Assembly (NCBI GenBank): GCA_036743375.1
Contig: DAINPP010000001.1
Location: forward strand, 208,154 to 272,153
Origin: Thermotogota bacterium
GTDB taxonomy: Bacteria; Thermotogota; Thermotogae; MWEM01
Reading direction: 5' to 3'
DNA length: 64,000 nucleotides
The notes under the pieces were generated by a model, which ran no database searches, was not told the origin of the DNA, and was given only the letters and a program-made list of their open reading frames with translations. Below are positions 27,955-37,000 of the stretch, piece by piece. Made by a program: the position numbers and the translations under genes. Every line of letters begins with the position of its first letter. Positions within the stretch are counted from its first letter, which is position 1.

Positions 27955-29451
27955 ATGAAAAAGTTGTTTATTTTAGCTTTGCTTGTATTGGTTAGTGTTT
28001 CCATCTTCGCTGTCACACAGCATCTTACCATTCTTCACGTTAATGATACGCATGGTCATGCCTGGCAGTTTGCTTCTGGTGATCAGGAGATCGGTGGCTT
28101 TGCCGCAGTTTCTACTATTGTCGACGCAGTACGAGAAGAAGTAGCCGCATGTGGCGGAGATGTCCTTGTTTTACATGCAGGAGACTACAACACCGGAGTT
28201 CCTGAATCCGATCAGCTTGATGCGGTACCTGATATCGTTGCGATGAACATGATCGGATTCGATGCCGTTACACTCGGAAATCATGAATTCGATTTTGAAA
28301 GAAGCATTCTGGATGCTCAGATCGAACTCCTCAACTGCACCGTTGTAAGCGCAAATACCGTTGATGAAGAGGGTAACTGTATCGTTACTCCTTATGTCAT
28401 CTATGAGTTTGCCGATGGTTTGAAAGTTGCCGTACTTGGTTTAACAACTGAAGAAACTGCGATTCTCGAACCTATCTATCTTGATGGGGCACATTTTGAA
28501 AACGCCGTAGAAACAACGAATAAATACCTTCCTGAATTAAAGGAAGAAGCAGATGTTGTTGTAGCACTTACTCATCTCGGTTATCTCGTTGGAAGAGACG
28601 ATCCTAAAACAACTTCAGATGAATTGGCTGAAGATGTCGACGGTCTTGATGTCATCGTTGACGGACACTCACACACGGTATTTGAAGAAGCTCCCGTGAT
28701 CAACGATACAGTAATCGTTCAGGCCGGTGAATGGAATAAGTACGTCGGAAGACTTGATCTGACCATCGTCGATGGCGCCGTAGTAGATCATGAATGGCAG
28801 TTAATCAAAGTTGCTGATGTAGAACAGGATCCAAAGGTTCTGGCCGGTATGGACTATTTTTACGCACTTGGTGGCGAAAAGCTGAACACCGTCGTCGGAA
28901 AGACGGATATTCATCTTGACGGTGAAAGAGCAGACGTCCGATCAAAGGCTACCAACCTCGCAAACATGATTGCCGATTCAATGACATGGAAGACAGGGGC
29001 CGATATTGCCGTCGTAAACGGTGGCGGTATCAGAGCTTCTATCAATACAGGAGATATTACGTATAGAGAAGTACTGACGGTTCTTCCATTTGGCAATACG
29101 GTTTACGTTCTTCAGCTCAACGGAGAAGAAATAATGGAGCTCATCGATTTCATGGTCAGCATAGAACCTGGAAAAGGTGGCTATCCACAGATTGCCGGAC
29201 TGACATTCACCTATGAAAATTCAGAAGTCAAGGATGTAAAGGTTAACGGTACGCCAATAGTAATGGACAAAGTCTACAGGGTTGCAACGAATAACTACAT
29301 GGCACTCGGTGGCGACGGATACGTTGTCTTCACAAAGGGTGACAAGGGTTACGATACAGGCTTCATGCTCGATAAAGTACTTGCAGATTACGTTGCTTCA
29401 CTCGGCACGATCAAAGATTATTCTGCCGAACAGAGATACAACAGAAAATAA
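27955..29451 (+). CDS. secreted bifunctional metallophosphatase/5'-nucleotidase family protein
   Basis: Signal peptide. HVNDTHGH...GNHEFDF calcineurin-like metallophosphatase motifs plus a 5'-nucleotidase C-terminal domain. Confidence 0.8.
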   Translation: MKKLFILALLVLVSVSIFAVTQHLTILHVNDTHGHAWQFASGDQEIGGFAAVSTIVDAVREEVAACGGDVLVLHAGDYNTGVPESDQLDAVPDIVAMNMIGFDAVTLGNHEFDFERSILDAQIELLNCTVVSANTVDEEGNCIVTPYVIYEFADGLKVAVLGLTTEETAILEPIYLDGAHFENAVETTNKYLPELKEEADVVVALTHLGYLVGRDDPKTTSDELAEDVDGLDVIVDGHSHTVFEEAPVINDTVIVQAGEWNKYVGRLDLTIVDGAVVDHEWQLIKVADVEQDPKVLAGMDYFYALGGEKLNTVVGKTDIHLDGERADVRSKATNLANMIADSMTWKTGADIAVVNGGGIRASINTGDITYREVLTVLPFGNTVYVLQLNGEEIMELIDFMVSIEPGKGGYPQIAGLTFTYENSEVKDVKVNGTPIVMDKVYRVATNNYMALGGDGYVVFTKGDKGYDTGFMLDKVLADYVASLGTIKDYSAEQRYNRK

Positions 29452-29475
29452 ATACGTTCTCTTTATAAGGATCAT

Positions 29476-29509
29476 AAAGTCCCGCTTTTATAAAAGCGGG
29501 ACTTTTTTC
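29476..29509. terminator. bidirectional rho-independent terminator
   Basis: AAAGTCCCGCTTTT, loop ATAA, AAAGCGGGACTTTTTT; lies between convergent genes. Confidence 0.75.
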
Positions 29510-30177
29510 TTCTCACCTATTCTCTTGGCGATATAAATAAAAGGCGTATCAAATATTGCAACGATTAGTTTAAAAAGATAAGTTGTTAAAAGTATTTCAA
29601 GCCAAACTTCAGTTGAATATAAACCGACGAATGCAATCAAACAAAAAATAAGCGAATCAAGGGCCTGACTCACAAGCGTCGACATATTATTTCTCAACCA
29701 GAGATGTTTCCCTGAAGTTTTGTCTTTCCAGTAATGAAATGCCCATACATCATGCAGCTGAGAGACCAGATAAGCGATCAGACTCCCCAACGCGATTCGC
29801 GGCATAAAGCCAAATAACGCCTGAAGATGTTGATCGGCAAAGTCCTCCGCCGCCGGTGTGAAAAGTAGTGAAAACTGCATATACAAAGTCATGAGTAATA
29901 AACTGGCAAAACCTATAAACACTGCCGTTCTCGCATCTTTTTTTCCGTATATCTCGCTGATAACGTCCGTCGAAAAGAATATACTTCCATACAAAATATT
30001 ACCAAGCGTTGCCGTTAATCCGAAAAGCTGAACTGTTTTTAAAACCTGAATATTACAGATAATAATGTTCGCAGCGATCAGCATAAACAAACCTCTTTTA
30101 CCAAAAAGTCTGAAAACGATGACTGCAATCGAAAGATCGGCTATCATAAAGATCAGCCATAAAAGTTCATTTGACAT
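29488..30177 (-). CDS. yhhQ: YhhQ/DUF165 family queuosine-precursor transporter
   Basis: 6-TM protein. FFSTDVISEIYG, QLHDVWAFHYWK and SQALDSLIFCLIAFVG align with conserved E. coli YhhQ blocks. Confidence 0.65.
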   Translation of the reverse strand: MSNELLWLIFMIADLSIAVIVFRLFGKRGLFMLIAANIIICNIQVLKTVQLFGLTATLGNILYGSIFFSTDVISEIYGKKDARTAVFIGFASLLLMTLYMQFSLLFTPAAEDFADQHLQALFGFMPRIALGSLIAYLVSQLHDVWAFHYWKDKTSGKHLWLRNNMSTLVSQALDSLIFCLIAFVGLYSTEVWLEILLTTYLFKLIVAIFDTPFIYIAKRIGEKKKVPLL

Positions 30178-30314
30178 TTTATCCCTCTCCTATAAAAAAT
30201 TCCTGTCGATTTTACCATATTCAGTATTTTTTTGTAAAATGGCTAATACGAAATAATCAGAACCGCTTTACGTCAGTTATCATATTAGAATACTATAACT
30301 TTTGGAGGTCATTT

Positions 30315-31067
30315 ATGAAGAGCAAAATGATATTCGTTTTAGTACTGTTACTCTTTTCCATTACCCTTTTGGCAATACCCGTTGAAGATTTTTTGATCTT
30401 CAACGATTTTAATAAAGGGTTCGAATTGGCAAAGGCAATGAATAAAAACGTTATGATTCTTTTTTCAAGTTCAAGTTGTATTTACTGTAAGGAGTTGAAG
30501 GAAAAGGTATTACCTTCAGACGATATTTCCAGCTTTATCATCAACAATTATATCCTCATTGAATTAAGGGCGGATCCGGATAAGACAGGTAATTTTGATG
30601 TGGAGAATGCCGTTTTTGATAAAGACGGGAAGGAATTCACCTATGAAGAACTATTTTATCTCTTCGGAATCAGAGGGGTCCCCGCCACATCATTCTTTAA
30701 TACGGATCTACAATATCTCGGAACTCTTCCCGGATATCATGAAAAGGAAGATTACCTGAAATGGTTGAAATTTATACAGCAGAAAGCCTATGAAAAGGGT
30801 GATATCAGTACATTTGACGATACAGATTGCTGTTTGGACAATGGAGTGACTATTCGGGAAATAAACGCCGTAATTCTGAGTGAAATGCAAAAGACATTCC
30901 CCTCACTATTATCCTACTGGTCGTTTCAGAAATTCACAGAATTAAATTTCATCAACATCGATACAAACAAGATATATATCGTTAGAGACAGCGACGAGGA
31001 AAAGGTGAGTTCATTTATAAACACCCTTGATGAAAAGAATATACAAAATATTTATGTCGTTAATTAA
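30315..31067 (+). CDS. secreted thioredoxin-fold protein (CxxC)
   Basis: Signal peptide. SSSCIYCKEL CxxC motif in a thioredoxin-like context. GGAGG RBS before the ATG at 30315. Confidence 0.55.
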   Translation: MKSKMIFVLVLLLFSITLLAIPVEDFLIFNDFNKGFELAKAMNKNVMILFSSSSCIYCKELKEKVLPSDDISSFIINNYILIELRADPDKTGNFDVENAVFDKDGKEFTYEELFYLFGIRGVPATSFFNTDLQYLGTLPGYHEKEDYLKWLKFIQQKAYEKGDISTFDDTDCCLDNGVTIREINAVILSEMQKTFPSLLSYWSFQKFTELNFINIDTNKIYIVRDSDEEKVSSFINTLDEKNIQNIYVVN

Positions 31068-31112
31068 GCATTATTAAAACGGAGTGGAATCCCCCTTGAC
31101 GGAGGATTCCAC

Positions 31113-32207
31113 CTATCTCAGTTCGCTCATTATCTCCTGATAAATCCTTTTTGAAGGATCATACTCAGGTCTTAACGTTCTCAAAGCCTCTTTGATATCC
31201 ATTGAAACTTCTTTTTCAAGTAATGACTGAAGCTTTTTATAGACAGTGAAGGCGTTGGCCTCTCTTTCCTCAAGATAAAAACCTGCACCGTTCTTTTCAA
31301 GAGATATTGCATTGATCAATTGATGATTTTCAGCCGCTCCGGACCACGGAATGATCAAAGGAGGGACTCCATAGGCAATAACCTCAGCTACAGTCGTTGC
31401 CCCACCCCTTATGATTGCAGCATCGGCAGAGGCAAGAAAATTATGCATGTCTAAAATATAGGGAACGGCGTGAACAAATGGAAAACGGTTTAAATCTTTT
31501 AAAATCCTTTCATCCCCGCAGGAATGTAAAAATTCTATCGTATTCTTTTTTTCCTTTTCAAGATTTTGATAGACTTGAAGCATTATATTATTGATAAAGT
31601 CGGATCCATGGCTGCCACCGGCAACAAGTACTACCCGTTTCTCGGGATCAAGTCCGAATTCACCGAATATTTCTTTGTTTTTCATCGTAATTTTCCGTAC
31701 GGGATTTCCCGTATGTTTGATCTTATGCGCCTTATTAACGTTAAAATCCCTTGCACTTTCCTCAAAACTGATAAAGATCTTTGCGGCTTTCGGTGCAATG
31801 AATTTATTGGCCACACCCGCTATGGCATTCTGTTCATGTATAAAATTCGGAATGTTCAATTTTCTGCTTGCCATTCCCAATGGTACGGAAATATAGCCAC
31901 CCGTAATAAAACTGAAATCCGCATTAAACCGTTTCAACTCTCTGACACATTTCGTATAGGCCTTAAGGGTGTTGAAAATCACCGAAAGGTTTTTCGGATT
32001 ATAAGCTGGTCGTATTAATCCGCCTATTTCAAGCTTTACAATCTTGGCATCGGGGAATAATCTGTTAATCTCTTTATTTTCCAATCCATGAGGTGTTGCA
32101 AAATATAAAACTTCTATCTTTTCGTTCATTTCCTTAAAATAATTCAACACGGCTACAGCGGGATAAATATGACCGCCGGTTACACCGCCTGCTACTGCTA
32201 TTCTCAA
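31113..32207 (-). CDS. murG: undecaprenyldiphospho-muramoylpentapeptide beta-N-acetylglucosaminyltransferase
   Basis: MRIAVAGGVTGGHIYPAVAV N-terminus and GT28 C-terminal motifs. Confidence 0.85.
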   Translation of the reverse strand: MRIAVAGGVTGGHIYPAVAVLNYFKEMNEKIEVLYFATPHGLENKEINRLFPDAKIVKLEIGGLIRPAYNPKNLSVIFNTLKAYTKCVRELKRFNADFSFITGGYISVPLGMASRKLNIPNFIHEQNAIAGVANKFIAPKAAKIFISFEESARDFNVNKAHKIKHTGNPVRKITMKNKEIFGEFGLDPEKRVVLVAGGSHGSDFINNIMLQVYQNLEKEKKNTIEFLHSCGDERILKDLNRFPFVHAVPYILDMHNFLASADAAIIRGGATTVAEVIAYGVPPLIIPWSGAAENHQLINAISLEKNGAGFYLEEREANAFTVYKKLQSLLEKEVSMDIKEALRTLRPEYDPSKRIYQEIMSELR

Positions 32208-32230
32208 AACAAATCCCTCTTTTCAGATTT

Positions 32231-33268
32231 CTACAGTTTATTATATGATTCCTGAATATACTCCACCCAGAATTTCTTGATAAACAACAACAAGGGGATG
32301 CCAAGTAAGACACCGGCTAATCCGAGAATTGTTCCGGCAAGCAGGATAGATAGTAAAATTGCAAACCAGTTCAACTTCATTCGGCTCCCCTGTATCCTTG
32401 GACTTAAAACCCAGGATTCTATCTGATTGGCAATAATCAGAACGATCAGCATTTTGATAAATCCGAAAAAGCCACCATAGACAAACCCCAGCAGAAGTGC
32501 AGGGATCGACGCAATGAAGACACCGAGAAAGGGTATGAAATTTGTTATACCCGATAAAAAGCCAAGAAATAGTGAATAAGGGATGCCGGAGATAAACGTG
32601 CCGGCACCTACCATGGTCCCTACAATCAGAGCAATAATCACCTGGCCACCTATAAAATGTCTTATATCACGATAATATTCCTTTACAAATTTTATCGATT
32701 TATGTCTTGTAGACTTCGGGAAAAATCTCCAGATATTGGCCTTGAAGATAGGCGAAAGGGTTGTAAAATAAGTTGCGGTAATGATAAAGATAATCACGGA
32801 AGTCATGGCATCAGGCACTACCTTTATCACACTGTTCAATATAGTACCGCCAAATTCGGCAAATTTCTGTCCGATGGTAGAAATAAACGAGTTTATATAC
32901 TCGACAATTTCCGGATCCAGATTTTCAAAAAATTCCTGTGCATTAATGTCCTGCGAGGAGGCGGCAATGACAGGTATCAGTCTTTGCCCCTCTTCAATTA
33001 AAATGGGAAATATTGAATAGATGGCAAATGCCAGGAGAAAAAACATCAGTATAGAGCAGAGAACGACGGAAACCTTATAAGGCATAAACTTCAGTTTGTT
33101 GAGATAGGTAGCAGGAAGTTCTATTATTAAAGCAAGATAAAGACCAAAGACAAGGGCACCAAAAACGGCTCCGGCAAATTTAAAGAGCAGGAAAAAACCG
33201 ATAAGGTAGATGATAAAAACCCACATCGCAGGATCAAATATATTATTCATATGATCAGTGTTCTTCAT
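32231..33268 (-). CDS. AI-2E (PerM/UPF0118) family transporter
   Basis: 8-TM topology and AI-2E family sequence pattern. Confidence 0.6.
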   Translation of the reverse strand: MKNTDHMNNIFDPAMWVFIIYLIGFFLLFKFAGAVFGALVFGLYLALIIELPATYLNKLKFMPYKVSVVLCSILMFFLLAFAIYSIFPILIEEGQRLIPVIAASSQDINAQEFFENLDPEIVEYINSFISTIGQKFAEFGGTILNSVIKVVPDAMTSVIIFIITATYFTTLSPIFKANIWRFFPKSTRHKSIKFVKEYYRDIRHFIGGQVIIALIVGTMVGAGTFISGIPYSLFLGFLSGITNFIPFLGVFIASIPALLLGFVYGGFFGFIKMLIVLIIANQIESWVLSPRIQGSRMKLNWFAILLSILLAGTILGLAGVLLGIPLLLFIKKFWVEYIQESYNKL

Positions 33269-33836
33269 AGAATTTTTTAACCTCCTTAATATCTATCCAC
33301 GTTAGGTATTTGGGCGATCCTTTTACTTTGGATGGATTTCGTAACAGATAACTCGGATGAAACATGGGCATTATCTTGACTCCATCTTTATAATCCATTA
33401 TCTTTCCTCGCATTGCGGTTATTTTCACAGATTTCCTTTCCAGCAGAAAGGCCAACGGTACCGCTCCAAGTGTTACGATCAATTTTGGGTTCAGGATCTG
33501 AAGTTGTGCAAAGAGATAATGTGAACAACTTTCCATTTCGAGGGGAAGCGGATTCCTGTTGTTGGGAGGTCTGCATTTAACAATATTTGTAATATAAATC
33601 ATTTCACGCTCAAGAGAAACCGATTTAAGTATCTCAGTCAACAGTCTTCCAGCCCTTCCAACGAACGGTTTCCCCGATTCATCTTCTTCTGCACCCGGTC
33701 CCTCACCAATAAATACAACCGGAGAATTCAGATTTCCCTCACCGGGAACGGTAAGATTTCTCGTCTCACAAAGTGGACAGGCCTCACATCTTTCTATTTT
33801 TTCTTCTATTCTTTTCATAAATACTGATTTATTCAA
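33255..33836 (-). CDS. family 4 uracil-DNA glycosylase (Fe-S type)
   Basis: CEACPLCETR Cys cluster, GEGPGAEEDESGKPFVGRAG, HPSYLLRNP. Start codon ambiguous among GTG 33854, TTG 33836 and ATG 33818. Confidence 0.75.
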   Translation of the reverse strand: MNKSVFMKRIEEKIERCEACPLCETRNLTVPGEGNLNSPVVFIGEGPGAEEDESGKPFVGRAGRLLTEILKSVSLEREMIYITNIVKCRPPNNRNPLPLEMESCSHYLFAQLQILNPKLIVTLGAVPLAFLLERKSVKITAMRGKIMDYKDGVKIMPMFHPSYLLRNPSKVKGSPKYLTWIDIKEVKKFYEEH

Positions 33837-34042
33837 AAAACCCCCTCCAATCACAGATCATTATACAGTAAAAAAACACAAAGATTTTTTCAATCGTAAA
33901 AACGTTCTCTTAATAATCTTTTTATACAATTATCGCTGAAAAGACTAAAGACGGATGGGTTACAAGCACACCAAACTCCGCTTAAAAAACATGTAAGTCC
34001 CTCTATATATAAGAAAGAAAAGAAAAATGTAAACCCTGTTTA

Positions 34043-34051
34043 TGGTACAAT
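34043..34051 (+). promoter_or_regulatory. extended -10 (TGGTACAAT) upstream of the giant surface-protein gene
   Basis: TGn-extended -10 about 30 nt upstream of the ATG. Confidence 0.3.
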
Positions 34052-34080
34052 TAGAGTAAATCGGGGAAGGGGGCAAACAA

Positions 34081-37000
34081 ATGTCAAGAAAATTTTTATT
34101 TTTCTCTATTATTCTGTTAATTACTGGTATTCTTTCGTTCTCTGCAGTTGTAGAACTTGAATTGTTAACACATCCTCAGGAGGCAGATGTTTATGTTGAT
34201 CAGGTCTGGAGAGGAAATTCACCAGAAACATTATCGCTTTCACCAGGAAAACACGAAATCGAATTAAAGAAATCGGGCTATGTTCCAATGAGTATGGAAA
34301 TGGATATCAGAATTCCTTCCGTACTGGAATACAATCTTTTCCCGGAAAAGGTCGTGGCGGATCAATTTCCGATTGTCATTTATCTGACAAATTATCAGCA
34401 ATCCGGAAGTAGAAAAATTCTCTTCCGTGAAAATGAGGACTTGCTGATCAATGGATTGAAGAAAAGATTTGAAGATATGGGATTTATGATATCTGTCGAA
34501 AAACCCCAGGATGAGTTCGATCTGATCATGGATACGGGCAGTATCTATGAAATGTTATCTGAAAGACATCCACAGGCAAAGATGTTCATGCTTGTCAACG
34601 CCCTGTGGAGTTATACATCGTTCAGAGAAAAGAAAGTCACAAGACTCGAAGTACAGACCAGAATCTATGATCCAAACACTTCCATTGCTCTTGGTACCTA
34701 TCAGGATACCTCAGAAGGAATAGGTATGATGGGTTCTGAAATAGTGGTTCTTCAGACAGTAGAAAAGGCCACTCAGAATTTCCTTGATAATATTGGGAAT
34801 TACCTTGTCGAGAGAGTGGATACTGAAGAGAAAAGACCCATACTGGCAGCGAAGGAAAAATACAACGATGAGAATTTATACGTGGTCAAATCGGATAGTT
34901 CGATTAACGAACTTAAGCTGTATAACGATACCGGTGCATTGATAGATTACAAAAGCTCAGGTATTGAATCCGTTCCGTTAAACATCGTTTTTCTTATCGA
35001 TAGAAGTGGAAGTAATGAAAATGAACTTCCAAAGATAAAAGAACAGATTGAATCAATACTAACTAAGCTTCCACAAAAAGCAGAGTGGGCCCTTGTTGGC
35101 TTTGATGATCAGATAGAAATCATTCAGAATTTCACAACTGATTTCAACAGATGGACCTTTGCCAAGGATAAGATCGTATCAACCGGGATGACAAGATTGT
35201 ACGATGCAATTTATAATACCGCTACGATCCTTCTCAGAAGAGAAGGTATAAACATCGTCATCCTTCTTTCCGACGGAATTGATTCGGATTATTATGATAC
35301 CGGATTCGGAAGCATCAAGACAGAGGAAGAGGCCTTAACAGCCATAGAAAAATCCGGAATGATTCTCTATCCCATCGGAATTTCAGACAAGAATTATGAA
35401 ACCCTTTTAAAACAGCTGGCCTATTTAAGTACGACCGATTATTATGATTTAAACAAGGTTTCAATAGACAGCGTATCAGAATCGATTATCAAAGATATTT
35501 CAACAAATCTTGGGATCATAGAAACAAGCAGCAAAGAGACACCGGTTTTTTCTATTAACGGATATAAATACATAAAGGAAGAAAACAGCAGATTCCTTAA
35601 TCAAGACCTCAGTATTACTTCCTTGAAGACTGGAGAAGTAACCTTTACAACTCCGGAATCTGATGATAGTGAACCGGTTGAGATCATTATTAACCCGGCA
35701 AGTACACCCGAAGAATCAAAGGCTATCGAACAGCTTTCTTCCAAAAAGGAAGAAAGCAATTTAACAGGGGAAGAACCGGAAAAAAAAATTGAATCTACTA
35801 CTACCAAAGAAAGCAGCCTCTCATTAAAAGAAAGTCCGGTGGAAGGACAGGATATCAAAGTTGTACCGGAAGAGCAATCAGATGAGGAAACCGTAATCGT
35901 TGAAGAAATACCCATACAACCCGAATCATCAGATACTACAACCGAAGAATTAACAACTGAAAAAACTGAGCCGGAAGCAACGACAATCAACTCAGTAGAA
36001 GTCCCCTCGGAAAAAATTGTACAGGAAATACCGGAGGGATCAGAGGAAAAAACCATTGAAGAAACAAAGAAGGCAGAAGAGACTGAACCGGCGGTTCAGG
36101 AAAAAAACACCACAGAATTTGAAACGGTTCAGGAGGCTGAAGCATCTGTATTTGAAGAAAATGTCTTAGAAATCAACTCGGATTTTAATGAAGTTCTCAA
36201 TCTGAGAGAGGTCAAGGTCTTTGATCTTGATGATAATGGCAACCTCGCCTGGAAGCAGGGGGATATTCTTTATTTCTTCGTACATGAACAAAACCGGCTG
36301 GCGGGTATCAGTATCAGTGGCGAGCTTAAAACGATTTCATTTGATTTCCCGCAGATCTCACTGATTGTTGATCAGGAATTAAAGGTAATAGAAATAAGGG
36401 AAGACAAGATTGTAGAACTTTCCAGCAAGGCCTTGAGCGCACCTGTTTCATTTATAAAGCTGCTTCGGGAAAAATATATCTCTATCGGATATGAAAACGG
36501 CAATCTGGAGATTTTTGATATTCAGGGCAACCTCCAGAACGAATGGAAACTGACGTCCGGTGTTATCAACAACCTGGTTTACGATGATTATGGTCGAATC
36601 ATATTTAGTTCAACAACCGGAAGAGCCGGATGGTTAACGGATATAAATGATTCGTTGACGGAAATAAAGATAGACAAACCGATTGTCGGATTGTGTCCTT
36701 TTGATGTCGATGAGAGCAGATTTCTCATCGTTGATGCCAGCGGAGCCGTTTATTTCCAGCGATTTGAAAACGTGAAACCAACCACCAGAAACCTGAACCG
36801 TGGAATCGTTTTAAAGGCAAATTGTTCAGAAGCCAGTAATCTGCTTTTCGCAAATCACTGGGATAAATCGTTGAGAGGGTACAGAATCTTTGACCTGAAG
36901 GAAACGTTCACCGTTAAATCAAAGAAAGGCATTGAGATGTTTGATGTGGATAAATACGGCGAGATTCTTGCCATCCAGTCAGTTGACGATGAATTGTCCC

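Noticed and set aside
30178-30314. A possible preQ1 riboswitch upstream of the yhhQ-like transporter gene (minus strand); these are common in that family.
   Set aside because: Reading the minus-strand leader (..ATCGACAGGAATTTTTTATAGGAGAGGGATAAAATG), I could not find the preQ1-I hairpin plus A-rich tail (…CCCUCUAUAAAAAACUAAGG-like) or preQ1-II features. Only a plain RBS was seen. An Rfam scan would settle it.
31082-31118. Hairpin GTGGAATCC...GGATTCCAC between the thioredoxin-fold gene and murG, as a bidirectional terminator.
   Set aside because: The stem is good, but neither side has a convincing U-tract, and it overlaps the murG stop region. It may be a weak terminator or an mRNA-stabilising hairpin. 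Not confident enough to call.
35780-35788. A9 homopolymer inside the giant surface-protein gene (other A8 runs occur at 2317, 4523, 13683 and 16656), as possible slipped-strand phase-variation sites.
   Set aside because: Runs of A8-A9 encoding Lys are frequent in this AT-rich genome and occur in housekeeping genes too. There is no evidence of length heterogeneity in a single sequence.
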